From Rhizodiscina lignyota (taxonomy: Eukaryota), in the NCBI GenBank assembly GCA_010015805.1, contig ML978129.1, positions 868,001 through 932,000 of the forward strand: a stretch of DNA of 64,000 nucleotides, read 5' to 3'. This document shows positions 50,292 to 64,000 of the stretch, piece after piece. Position 1 is the stretch's first letter. Each line of letters opens with the position of its first letter. The position numbers were made by a program, and so were the translations under genes. The notes under the pieces were generated by a model. It saw only the letters and a program-made list of their open reading frames with translations. It ran no database searches and was not told the origin of the DNA.

Positions 50292-53200
50292 TCATCCGTC
50301 CAGGATACCGCTCTCCTTGAGCGACTTGATCGTTTCTGGTTCGAGGTATGAGTCCATGGTGACGTCTTCCGGAAGACCTTTTCGTCGTCGGGTCTTGAGC
50401 ACAAAGTCGCGAGCGGTTGCTTGAGCTGACGCTTGCTCCAATGGTCGAAGCTTGATGTCTTTATCGAGTGGATCACCTGGCACAATAGACCAGCGATCAA
50501 AGACTAGGGAGACTGTAGTTTGGCCTTGAGTGTGGATCTGTACATTTTCGTTAGTCTCGCTTGTGCCGGGTCTTCGAAAATATGAACTGAGCATACCCTT
50601 AGATCTGTCTCAAAGCCAAAGCTATCGATGACTGGCAATAGCCCTGTTACTTTGTAGAGCGGAGTCCCGGCAATGGGGCCATCTTGCAGCACATGTCCTC
50701 TCCGTCTGGCGAGCACATTGTACGCATGGCTGACCGCATCTGCGGGGAGAATCATACTGGCGCTATACAACGGCTCCAGCAGACGAGGGCTCGCCATCAG
50801 AAAGGCGCTGTAGCAAGCTCGCCTCGCAGTTGGAATAATTTGTCCACCGCCTCTGAATATAGCCTCAGGGGCGACCGACAGGTCTGTGAGGCGGAATTTG
50901 GCATTGCGAACTGGTTCCTCGCACAGCGGGCCCTCCTTAGTGGCCCAGATGAAACCTTGTCGAATCGTCTCGCGGACAGACTTGAGGAGTTTCGGCTCAA
51001 CTTCAGACGGTAACGTGTCGTTTTGAAGGATGTTTGGGCCCATGTCATCAGGTCCGAAAGCCCAGATGTTGCGCGAGGCGAGAAGATCGTAGCCATAGTT
51101 CTCTTCAAAAAACTTGCCGACTTTACGGACAGGATCTTTGATGTTGACTGCGCCAGACTCGATGTCTTCTGCAATTCCAGGATCAAGAGTCTCCGCAACG
51201 AAGGTGATCTTGTTCTTCTTGTTTGGAGTTATAGCGTAGCATTTGATGGCAGAGGTCTCGACTACGGTCTCGCAGAAGCGAGTCACAGGGTCCGAGATTT
51301 TGATCTCCATCTCTGCATATTGACGCCGCAAGTCGTACAAGACACAGTCCATGTACAGCTCGCCAGTACCGAGAACGACGTGCTCGCCGGATTCTTCGAC
51401 TTTTGTGGTGACAAGCGGGTACGACTTGTTGATTTTCCGGAGGCCGTCAAGCATTTTTGGCAGTTCGGACGGATTGATGGGTTCCACAGCTACCTTAAAG
51501 ACGGACTCAAAGAAGTGCTTAATAGGCCTGAAAATGTAAGCGTCCTCGTTCTCCGCCAGTTTCAGTGCGACAAGTGTTGCGGTCTTGACAATGGAGTTGT
51601 CGACGCCACCAAGCAGAACAAAACTGCCAGCAGGCACGCCACTGGTTGGCACGTTGTAACGCGACTCTGCGATCATTGTCTCTGCGATTGTTGCTGTAAC
51701 CATGTCTTCTTCGTCCTCGACAGTGTATCCTTCGCCCAGGACTCTGACTTGATCTCCGGCTTTGGCAGTTCCGCTCAAGACACGAGCCAAGGCATAGAAG
51801 CTTTTAGCATCGACTGCTGGGAACAACTTTGTGACGTGCATAACAAGAGGTCCATCTTGATTGCACGTCTCGATTGCTTCAGCTGTTTTGGTGTCTAGCG
51901 GACCTGTGTAGAACTTTTCGGCAAAGCGCTTGGCTCCATCGCTAGGCGCCGGTATATGCTGACCGACCATATCAACAAAACCGTTTGCAGGACCGAAAAA
52001 TTGTTCGCAAACAAGCTTCAGTAAAACCTTTGCATCACTCTTGAATTGTGAAGGTTTCAGATGAATGCCGAGTGGAGCCAGTGTCGCCTTGAGATCCTCA
52101 GGGCTCTCGCTGAGCGTATGAGAGTAAAGTTTGTAGATCGGCTCCAGGACGAAATGAACGAATGATCTGTTCGCTGCCTCTTCCAGGCCTTTGCGTGTGA
52201 ATTTACGGGTTCGAGGATTGAAGAAGATGTCGCCCCACAGTCTTAAAGCAAAGTCTGCGATATTTATGCCACCATAGCTGTCCTCGTACATCTTCGCGAA
52301 GGACTGAAGTGTGAAACACCATCCCATCGTGCTGCAGGCAAATGCCACGTTGCCCTTCTCAGGACTAATCCTTCGTGATTCGCCTTTTCCAGGGATGGTA
52401 TTTTCGATGATCGTGTTGACTTCTTCAACGACATGTTTGAGTTTGAAATATGCATCCTTCGGAGGAAGTTTTAGCTCCAAAATGAGCCGGTCCATCTTAT
52501 TGATGACCAGTGTCAAAGGCAGATCTTCCAATACGGCGTGTTTAATGACTTGTTCCGTAGTGACTTGTACTCCTTCAACAACGTCAACTACAAGAACTAC
52601 GCCATCCACCAAGCGCATAGATGCCGCAACTTCATCGACAAAGTTGACATGGCCCGGAGTATCGATGATATTGAATAAATGCGACTCTCCTTTCGTCGAC
52701 TGCAGCACCAAGCTCATTGGCGCGGCCTTGATGGAGAGCCCGCGTTCACGCTCGATCACATGGACGTCTGTGTACCGCAGCTGTTCATCTCGAGCCTTCC
52801 CAGACTTCTTCTCTAGCCTGTCGGCGATATCGTGTGTCTCCAGGACCAACATATCCATGAATGCAGTCTTCCCGTGATGCAGATGTCCAGCAAGTGCTAT
52901 ATTTCGGACTTTCTCAGGATAGTTCATGAGATCAGTCATGAAGTCTCTCGAAAATCGAACGGGTGGGAGGTCTTCTTCCTGAACCGTAAACTTCTTCTGC
53001 ACCACTGGGGCTATTATGGGCTGGTCAAGTGCTTGTGTGTCTTCCTCTTGAACCATTGTCTCGACATCTTCGCCATATACTTGTTGCGCAGTTGGGTAGT
53101 ATCGCTGGTCTTCGTGTAGGATGATTGCATTCGAGGGCCCCTCATCGTCCACCTCCATGCGCTGTTGGTCGCCTGTTGGCTCTTCATCTTGAGCCTCGTC

Positions 53201-53357
53201 CTCCTCAACGTATGCGTCCGCTGCTTGGTCGCCAGCTTCTGAAGCTTCCCCCTCTGATTCTGCGCCGCCAATGTAATTGCCAAACCTGCAAAGTCGATCA
53301 GCTCTTCGGAAATTAGGGGCTATTTGAGGGCCCATACTCATCGTAGAGGTCTTCCAT
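50292..53357 (-). CDS. SNU114: U5 snRNP 116-kDa GTPase Snu114/EFTUD2
   Basis: 20-nt first exon gives MEDLYDEFGNYIG (intron ~53337-53286); GHLHHGKT, DTPGHVNF, NKMD; last intron ~50596-50539. Confidence 0.97.
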
Positions 53358-53625
53358 GGTTGCGATTCTCCCAACAACACGAGAGACGCAAAGACGAGAA
53401 AAGCGCGTCGTGCAGACTGGCGTGCGAAGAAATTCGAGATTTTGACGTCTTGCCAAGAGTGGCGCCGGTGGCCCAAGCTTCCATTAGCGCCAATCTTTTT
53501 CGAATGACATGGGCTGCTTTCCAGGCACTGGCACACCGCATTATTAAATATTCAATTGCCCCCTTCTCCAAGGTTTTCTCCTTCTGCCTCTGTCACGAAG
53601 TACGAATTCCTCTATTGCGATCAAT

Positions 53626-54980
<1,355 letters not shown>

Positions 54981-55820
54981 TGCTGTCTTAAGTAGCACAG
55001 GCTATGTTTTCTCCGCATAGCGTTGCATGGCACGAGGAGCATAATTGGCGTTTGAATTACGGCAAGGTGGCATAGGACATGTATGGAGGGCTGTAATTGA
55101 TGAATCGACATGAGATGAGAGGAAATTCACGAGGCCGTAGAGCCGTAGAGCCACGAAATGTGTTCGCCAAGTTCAGGTGATCAACAAGTTTGAGCCCAGA
55201 TTGACTTCTCAAATGCACACGAAGGCCTGGCGTTGAATAATTGAACACATTACCAACCATGCCATCTTTGAGTAAGAGGTGCACCGCCACACGCCAAGAT
55301 CAGGCCGCAGGGCCTGGCTGTGGGGCTACGGAGAGCCCACGGCGGCGGAACAACAGGGATAAGCCTCAGGGTGAAAGAGCGTGGCAATCTTCCTGAAGCA
55401 ACAGCGTATCGACGTCTTTGCACTACAGTCTCTGAGCGTGAGCTTCTTCATACCTTCCGGAACTGCTCCAGCACGCAATCAGGGCGAAGTCTCGAACCAC
55501 CCTCTACTCAACCTTGATCGGGATGCCCCCTTCCTCATCGGCGTCACCGTAGCTACGCGCGTATCGGTTATGCTCTGTTGAAGCAACACTGGTGTCTGTG
55601 CCCGCAAAGTATTTTTATTCATGGCAACCTCGCGCTCTCACTCTTTTATTTTTAGACTCGACATACACCGGAACCAACTTGTATCCTGGGCGTAAACAGT
55701 TTCGGAAATACTCCATTCAAGGCGTTTTGGAGTGCCTGGGTCAACGGCGCCAGGATTATTCTCTTATTTGCACATTAAGAGCGAGATCGAAAACGATCAC
55801 ACACACAACATCCTGCAATC

Positions 55821-58702
55821 ATGGATTCCAATCTCCTTGCGCCGCTTTCCTCCTCCAGCGGACCAAAGCTTCGGCAGAGGCAGGATGCGCAGACGATGCA
55901 GCAAGCAGTACTAGACCGCGCCAATCGCACAGGAGAGGAACCGCCTCCGTATGAATTCTTGGAACTGATCGGGAAAGGCACTTATGGAAGGGTGTACAAG
56001 AGGTAAATTCAAATTCTCAATTCTATTTGCAAGCTTTTATTAACCCTCAAAATTAGCAAAAGCCTGGCCAATACGAATGAGGGTATCGTAGCTATCAAAA
56101 TCATCGAAGTCGATGAACCTGACTATGAGGCGACTTTCGAGGCGAGAAACGACACCATTGAGAACTTCACTAAAGAGATCAATGCTCTGCAACGACTCAA
56201 GGACAGCAACGCAAAAAACGTCACCATGATCTATGATGCGTTTACGTTTCACTCGCAACTATGGCTTGTCAGCGAATACTGTCAAGGAGGTAGCGTGAAT
56301 ACGCTCATGAAGGCCTGTCCCGACAAAAAGCTCGAGGAGTCTTTCATTATCCCGATTGCTCGCGAGCTTGCTATCGCCTTAAAGTATATCCACGAAGCGG
56401 ATATCGTCCATCGGGATATAAAATGTAAGTCAAGGTCCACCAATAACAACGACTCTTTCGTTTGGTCGCTAACCGGTTATTAGGCGCAAACATCCTTATC
56501 ATGGAAGATGGCAATCTGCGACTGGCCGACTTTGGTGTCGCGGGCATCTTCGAATCGAATGTGTCAAAAAGGAAAACGATCATTGGCACACCTCATTGGA
56601 TGCCTCTCGAACTTGTCGAAGAGCTCGGCAATGAATCCCCTGATATCTCTTACGGAACCGAGGTCGACATCTGGGCCTTTGGCTGTGCTGTTTACGAGAT
56701 GGCAGCCGGCCATGCTCCGAATGCCCGAGTAAAGCTGCCGAATTTGGCGAATGCTTTGAGGCAGACTGCTCCGAGACTTGATGACCAAAAGGGACCGTAT
56801 TCAGATAAACTTCGCGAATTTGTCGAATTCTGCCTCCAGCTCGATCCCCAAGCCCGACCAACTGCCAGAGGAATTCTCGAATCTCCCTTCGTTGCTGGCT
56901 CAGCGAAGAGATACCCAACTGAGAGCTTACAGCAGCTGGTGGAACGGTTCTATGCTTGGGAAACAAGAGGCGGGGAGCGGCAATCGCTCTTTTGGGACAT
57001 GGGGGCAAAGCTCCCAACAAATCTGGAAGACGACGATGAAGAGCAGGAAGACTGGTACTTTAGCACGACTTTGGAATTCGAACAGCAACAGAATGCCGCA
57101 CGTGAAAGCTTTTACGAATCACTGAGCGAGAGGACTGATGACTCTACCCCAACTGGCCCACAGAAATTGACACCAAGGGAGCGACGACTGAGAGCAGAAG
57201 CAGATGGCAATGCTGAGCGAGGCGCAAGAGCACTCGCCGGGATTTTCGACGTCAGCACTGCACCCTACACGTACGGAGACCGACCTGAACTAGAACTACA
57301 AAGGAGAATCTCAGATCTCCCATTCCGCAACATGGGATCAGACCGTGCTGGTGATCGTACGACGATGATTGACCTTGACATGGCTGACGCAGGGCTTGAT
57401 TCTGTGCCAAGCCTAGCGGACATTTCTACTCTTCGAGCGAAACAAACGAATCGCTTCTACATGGGCTCAGATGACGAAGACGAAGAAGACGAGGAGCAGA
57501 CCTACCCAAGGCCAAATCGTGATAGCAAACGCAAGACCACAGATTGGAAGATGCCTTTGCTGAGTGCACCTGCGGATCCAAACTTCAATCGGCGCACGGT
57601 GGACTGGAAATTCCCCACCATGACCGTCACAGATACGGATGGAGACGACGAGACTGTTCAGCAGACGGCCAGGAAGTTGGGTAATGATTCTAATGACAAT
57701 GCGCCCAACAACCGAGACACCATGGCGTTCTCGTTCCCTATGGGCGGTCTTGGAGCGGCCCAAAGCTCAGATAGTCTGCCCCTTATGCAGCCTCCCCGGC
57801 CGGAGCTGAAGCATTCGGTGACTATGCCCGTTGGAACGTCAGATGGGATGGTCTTGTCCGGGTCTCCTGATCGTACGTCGATGATTGATCTAGATCTCGC
57901 AGTGCCGGATTTCGTTTCTCGACCCTCGACTGCAGCATCCAACGTTTCCAATGTTTCTTTCGCGACAACAACACTTGACCCGTTCGACCTGGATGAGCGA
58001 TCGGAAGTAAGTATTCCAACTGTCACAAGCAACAGTAATAGAGCATCACTTCACCGCCCTTCCCAGTCTGAACCGAACGCTCGATCATCAAGGGGCTCCG
58101 ACCTTGACTACCAATCGGATCCTAATGCGCCATGGCACATGCGCGATTCGAGTACACCCTCGGAAGCTTACCCTGTAAGGCGCAAATTTCATATTTGTAT
58201 CTGTAATTAGTGGCAGGACTGACTTCGCATGGTATAGTCCGTCAATGGGGACAGGAAACTTTTTGATCCTTATAACGAAATGAAGGTCCGAGAAAGACGT
58301 CGGATGTATAACAATCGAGACAGCAGCGAGTCCAACGGCACCGTATCCGATGCCGGCTCCAACGTCAGAGGTTTTCATCTTCCTATTTCAAGCAAGGTGT
58401 CTTTCGCGGCGGAATATGAAGTCTCAGAGGACAAATCACTTCTTCGTGCTTTCAAGTACGAATCGTCGAGAGAACATCAACGGCAAAAACGCCCATCACA
58501 GGCTGGTGCACGCAAACCACCAAGCCAACGCAGTCAGATGCAAAGAACCCTCAATTGGTTCAATGAGCATCCGCGGCTTTTCCAGAAGGTGATGGCCATT
58601 AAGAGGGACAGCGAAGGCCGACGACAGTCGGATTTCATGATTGGCGACGACGGTTATAACGAACGTCTCCACAGAGGACGAGAACATCGGCCTATGTTCT
58701 GA
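55821..58702 (+). CDS. Ste20/GCK-family Ser/Thr kinase, Kic1/Nak1/POD-6-like
   Basis: ELIGKGTYGRVYK, VAIK, HRDIKCANIL (across an intron), LADFG, GTPHWM, DIWAFG; long C-terminal tail; three introns. Confidence 0.88.
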
Positions 58703-59394
58703 AGTTGAGCATTTGAAGTTTATCTCCATTTTGCTTGCGTTTTGGATATTGCATGCATTGCGGCGGCGCTGAGGTGTCCGTTGAAAGTAGCCTGGATTTG
58801 CTCGGGTTTGGCAGCCAAGTGGGTTCTCTTACGGGTAAACATCTTGTTCAGGACAGTCCGTATGTCGTCCGTATACCATTGAATAGATCATGCGCGGTTC
58901 ACATCCACTTAATCTCCATGTTTTCGGACTTAGCGCGCGTATTCCCGACCATCGTGAATTTCTTCGGAGACTTAACACCGCATCTCGCAACCAGCTCCAC
59001 GCTCGTGACGAAAGATGAAAGGTACCATTCTAGCTTAGCCCTTTTACATCCGGCTTGTATTGGCTCAACCGCTTACCGGCACCTGCGCGGCGACCAGAGG
59101 GAGCAAAGAACAAGGAGCGTAGATCACATCGCTTAGGTGGACTCGGCTCGGTCCCTTTCCAGCTGGCATCAATAGACAAGCTCAAGCTACAACTGTTCGC
59201 CTCTAGCACAATATCATGATATGCTTTTAAAGCTATTGTGCGTAGCACGGGTCACCGCTAACTAGGCAAAACTGCTGCATGTTGATTTGACGCTTGGCCT
59301 TGGAATTCTCTTTCAATAGTCTAAATATCTGTCACAACTCATTTCTTGAACTTCCAACACCCAAACATTCTCAGAGAAGAAATTGTCTTTCAGC

Positions 59395-60612
59395 ATGCCG
59401 GCGTTCGCATGGAACACGCCTCAATGGCATTACAAGGCAGAGGATATTGCCCACCATCACGCCGATCGCATCAAAGGGAGGACCGGTAATCAGCCAAATC
59501 TCCCATCATCTAGCTACATTAATCACTGACAGAACAATAGTCCTCATTACTGGCGTAGCTCAGGGCAGCCTCGGTCAATGTTTCTGCACCTCGATCGCGC
59601 CGTACTCCCCGAAGACACTCATTCTCGCCGGACGCAGCCCAGAGAAGCTTGAACTATGCCAGAAGGAGCTTCATTCTATCGCACCTGATGTTTCTACTCG
59701 CGTATTGCATTTGGACTTGGGCGATTTTGATCAGGTGAGGAAGGCTGCAGATGAGGTTAATGGATGGGACGATGTACCTGTCATCGATGTGTTGGTCAAC
59801 AACGCGGGGCTTTCTGATGGCTCAGGTCTGAAAATTATCGACGGGATCGAGCAGCATTTCCGAATCAATCACCTGGGGCATTTCTTGTTCACGAATCTGA
59901 TCATGGCAAAGGTGGTCAAGGCCGCAGAGCAAAATGGAGAGGCGAGGATTGTCAACGTGAGTTCGAGGGGACATGTAATATCTGATATACGCTGGGATGA
60001 TCTCACCCTGGAGGTATTCGCACTGCCATGAAATGCAACTGGGAAGCAGAGAAGGCTAATAGAGTTGCAGAAATTGGATCCGTGGAACTTCATGCCATGT
60101 TACGGGCAATCAAAGACCGCAAATATACTCTTCAGCGTCTCATTGGCGGAGAAGCTAGCATCGAAGAACGTTCAGGCGTTCTCCCTGCATCCGGGCTCTG
60201 CGTGGACTGGCCTCATTACTCGGCTGCCGACCGAAGAATTAATGGCAAGAGGTAGGTAGCTCAGATCCGATTCATGACCGTAAAGAGAAGAATTGCAGAT
60301 GCTCACAGCGGATCCAGGATGGGCAGATAAGGACCGAAATCCAACGGATAGCGAGAAGATGCACTGGAAGACCATGTCGCAAGGCACCTCAACGCATGTG
60401 ACAGCAGCGTTCGATCCCAGCATATCTGGTAAGTAGAGAATTAACGTACTATTTAGACTGTGATTGACAATCTTTTAGAGCACAGCGGCTCGTATCTTCA
60501 GGACAACCAGATTGAGACGGAGGACGTCAAGCCGTATGCTCTGGATAAGAATAGCGCAGAGCGACTATGGAAATTGAGCGAAGAGCTCGTCAGACAAAGA
60601 TTCAACATATGA
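59395..60612 (+). CDS. Short-chain dehydrogenase/reductase (retinol dehydrogenase/WWOX-like)
   Basis: VLITGVAQGSLG, NNAG, NHLGHFLFT, YGQSKTAN, LHPG, AERLWKLSEELV; four introns. Confidence 0.88.
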
Positions 60613-60756
60613 AGATAAGATATTAGGGAGACATAATATCAATCCCTTATAATGATCGCTTGCCGTCATCCTGGTCAATAAACAATATTACCACTACCAT
60701 TACGCCTGACTGCCTGCCGAGAGTATTCGCGAATCGCGATTAAACATTAGACAAGC

Positions 60757-63700
60757 TCACAGCCAGTAGACCACGAAGCCTAGGACACCTCCCAAAAAGC
60801 GGCCAGGATCGACATACGTGAGGTCCGCAGGGTGGGCTGCCAAACCGGTGAATTGTGTCGAGGTAGACGATATTGATGTGGACGCTGCTAACACTGACGA
60901 TGACGGCGGAGGTGGCGTAGTGGTTGATGGCTTCGAGGAAGCCGGAGGTGGAGGTGGAGATGATGAAGATGAAGGCGGCGGAGGTGGAGATGAAGACGAA
61001 GGCGGCGGAGGTGGGGATGAAGATGAAGGTGGCGGAGGCGGAGGTGGAGGCTGTGATATTGGTGAGTTTGGCTGATGTGAGACAGCGCACAATAGCAAAG
61101 AAAGACTTACGGAAGAGGTTGATGATGGGGGTGGAGGGGGTGGTGGTGAGGTTGTTGTGACAGGCGGTGTGCCAACCACAGTCGTTGTAGGGAAATGATG
61201 CGTCGAAGTGAATTGATCAAGTGCGCCTTCAACCGCCTCGGCGAACGCAGTAGGCTGGTTGGTCAGCAAAGTCTGAATGATGGCCTGGAAGACATGAACT
61301 CACATCGATAGTGCCAGTAACAGTGTGCGTGCTCCCGAGGAGGTCGGACGCAACCGAAATAGTCTGCTCTGTATGACGTATAGTCAATTGCCCCGCCGTG
61401 GTCCTCGATGCAAGAGTCAATGTTGGAACTGTCGACGACAAAGGAGCGCCGTTAGCTGGATCGCAGGATGCAGCAACTGTGCCGCTCAGCTGTTCGGTTA
61501 CAGTTGAGAGGTGGTTGAGGTAGTTGATAAGAGAAGTTGGGGGCCGGGATCCTGGCTGAATTTCACTTGCTGGGAAGACCAAAGAGGGCGTGTCTGTTGG
61601 TGCGCCCAGGTTGAGCTTCTCCGTTGTCGTTGTACATAAGCTGCCGGTCGCAGCTGGAGTGACAAACGCATGGGAGAAGTCCGTGTATAGAACATAGGTG
61701 GTCGGCCATGTCCTATCATCGTATTGAATTAGTAAGACTCTCTTTCACATAATGACAAAGGGAGATAACTTAAAAAAAAAAGGCCAACAGGGGGTCTCTT
61801 GTGGCAAGGAGAATACAGATTATCAGCGCTGCATCGGGGAAATTATAACGTCCCAAAATGAGATGTGCTTACGTACAGCACGAGTCCATGCGCAGTCCAA
61901 GTTGTGGTGAATGTGACGTCGGGAATGTTCGTGTCAGCCAGAGTAGTGCGCGTGTTCGTAACAGTTTTGCCATCGATAATGTATACAGCCTCATCTATTG
62001 TGGTTGAAAAGATTGTTGTCGGCGTAATAACAGCAGGATAAGCCAGAAGTGTTCCAAAGGCATCGAGTTGGCAAACTCCGGTGCAAAATGGGACGGTGAC
62101 TGATGCTGTGACTGAGGCTGTGGTGGTCGATGTGCGCAATTGGGTCTTTGTCTGGACCGCAGTGAGTGTGGAGAACTCTGTCTTGGTTCTGAACACCTCG
62201 CTCGTCTCAAGCAGAGTCCTAGTCCGAAATTCTGTGCTGGTATCCACAAGAGTTTCAATGCTGGTATGAACGAGCGTGCTTGTTTGAGTCTCAAATACTG
62301 TGCGGGTGCCGAGGCTAGTCTGGACGCTGGTCACGACACTGGTGGAAGTGCTAAGCGACGTGTGCGTAACAGTCCGAGTGAAAGGCACTGGAACTGGCGA
62401 GACAGACACTCGGGTCGCCGTCGTAGTTTCCGTGTGCACAACGGGAACCGGGGTCACGACGGTGCTGAGGGACGTAGTAGTTTCTGTGTGTACGACAGGC
62501 ACATCGCTGATAACAGTGCTGAGCGACGTTTCGGTAGAAATGAGTGTCGTCGGGGATGGGATCAACGAGCTGACCGTAACGAATTGAGTCTGGATGCTAA
62601 TAACTATCTGCGGCTGGGTTCTTGTTCGGAAGATTGTTTCGAGACTGATATCAGTGGTATGAGACACTAAGGTCGTGGTGGTCGTACCGAGAACCACCTG
62701 TGTGCTGATGCGAGTTGTGGGGACAGGAAGGACTGTGGTGCGAGTCCGGAAAACAGTGTCGACAACTAGACTTGTCGATATCACTGTGGTTGGAGAAGCG
62801 AACGGAATCGAGGTCGTGTGAGTGATTAGCTTTGTTGATATACTGAGCGAAGGAACTATGTCTGTGCGAGTCGTAGAAACCGTTTTTGTCGTCAGGCTTG
62901 GAACAAAGATGGAAGTCGTCCTGGTCACGTTGAGAAAATCCGTCGTTGTCAATATTTTCAGAACTGGGACGGAAGTTGTATATTTGACGACGTCCGTGGT
63001 CGTCGTCGTCGTTGGGGACGGGATGGTAAAACTCTTTTTGATCGTGTCGAACTCTGTGGTCGTCGTAGGAGATGGAACGCTCTTGATGAAAGTTTTGTTG
63101 ACCGTGTCAATTTCTGTGTAGGTCGTCGTAGTCGGAGATGGCACGAACGAAGTTTCATAGATGGTTGAGAGGCTTATTTTAATCTTAGTCTTCGTCGACG
63201 TTTCCGTCCGTGTGTAAGAGTCGGTCACGTGATGATATATCGTTGTCTCTTCGAATTCGGTGCAGGTTGTGGTGATAGTTTTCCAGCTAGGCGGCGGCGG
63301 CTATGACAGTCAGATACAAGTAGTAGATGTGAAGCTACAGGATGTTCTCCGAGAGCGTTATAAGAAAGACGGTGAGGCGAGCGGAGGCTGCGAACAGGCC
63401 GTCGAGAATTCATGATACGGAAAGCAAAAGATCAAATTGACATTGAGATAGCTGCAAGTGACTTCACGTATTAGGAGATTCCGCGCAGTCGCTGAAGTGA
63501 TGTAGCGTCTACCATAAACCAGGCGAAAGAACGTCTCCAATTGCTGAGATTTTGTCGAGACTACACTGAAATGTTGGTTTTACCTTTTGGTATGGAGATG
63601 AACTGGAAGTCGTGCATGATGTTGATTCTGGCGTAGGTTTCCAATCATCGTGAACACTCGACGAGTTCTTGCCCCAGTCTGTCTTCGAGTTAGAGAGAGC

Positions 63701-63783
63701 ATCGTTTGATATTGGGAAGATCTCTCACCACCGTCGGCAACTGCCCGGACGGCAAGCAAGGCTGTTAAAAGCAGCACTTGCAT
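60757..63783 (-). CDS. Secreted, probably GPI-anchored Thr/Ser/Pro-rich cell-wall glycoprotein (adhesin/mucin-like), ~6 exons
   Basis: Signal peptide MQVLLLTALLAVRAVA; exons 63783-63729, 63678-63584, 63300-61877, 61712-61304, 61254-61111 and ~61050-60757 join in frame; Thr-rich repeats, Cys-containing segment, (P5S4)n and hydrophobic C-terminus FLGGVLGFVVYWL*. Confidence 0.8.
60941..61050 (-). repeat. Coding tandem repeat of ~27-30 nt (PPPPPSSSS)n
   Basis: Repeated ggaggtggagatgaaga(c/t)gaaggcggc units on the + strand. Confidence 0.85.
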
Positions 63784-64000
63784 ATCGCATAAAAACAGAC
63801 AAACGGGGAATGACCGTACAGAACGAGCTGACGAGAGGAGTAATGTCGTACGGACACTATTTGAAAGCGATTCGACTCAGGCAATTCGAGTAACGACAGC
63901 AGCATGACATGGAAGGCTTGAACGGATCGAGAGCGCAGAAGGGAAATTCATCGTCGACTCTCGCCGGTTCGGGCAACACTGCTGCGCCTGCACAGTGACG

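Noticed and set aside
53358..53536. N-terminal extension of the 1010-aa SNU114 ORF
   Set aside because: Artefact of reading through the promoter and first intron; the conserved start MEDLYDEFG begins at 53357

Overview
Gene-dense genomic DNA from a filamentous ascomycete (Pezizomycotina-like, with short GT-AG introns and CTRAY branch points). The six-frame ORF track is mostly spurious or fragmented by introns. I reconstruct about 22 protein genes, most of them housekeeping and many in short head-to-head pairs: VTA1/PDI, COX17/RNA1, COQ6/SEC61, UBA3/TEL2 and SNU114/ERG10. The window also has PRMT3, RAV1, NUS1, CDC1, a Kic1/Nak1-type kinase, a DevR/Esc1-like bHLH factor with a ~5.5 kb upstream region, two SDRs, a DHDPS-family aldolase, a secreted alpha/beta hydrolase and a GPI-anchored Thr/Pro-rich cell-wall protein. 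Most interesting signals: (1) two divergent, structured, Pol III-like non-coding elements at ~30.9 and ~31.6 kb, one folding as a non-canonical tRNA-like cloverleaf; (2) an uncharacterised tail-anchored protein with an AIM/LIR motif that resembles a mitophagy receptor; (3) a decayed duplicated coding relic; (4) a 56-nt minisatellite and an E-box cluster upstream of the bHLH gene; (5) GC-AG introns and an 8-nt microexon. No transposon ORF, rRNA or CRISPR array was seen. All gene models were built by hand, so splice coordinates may be off by a few nt.
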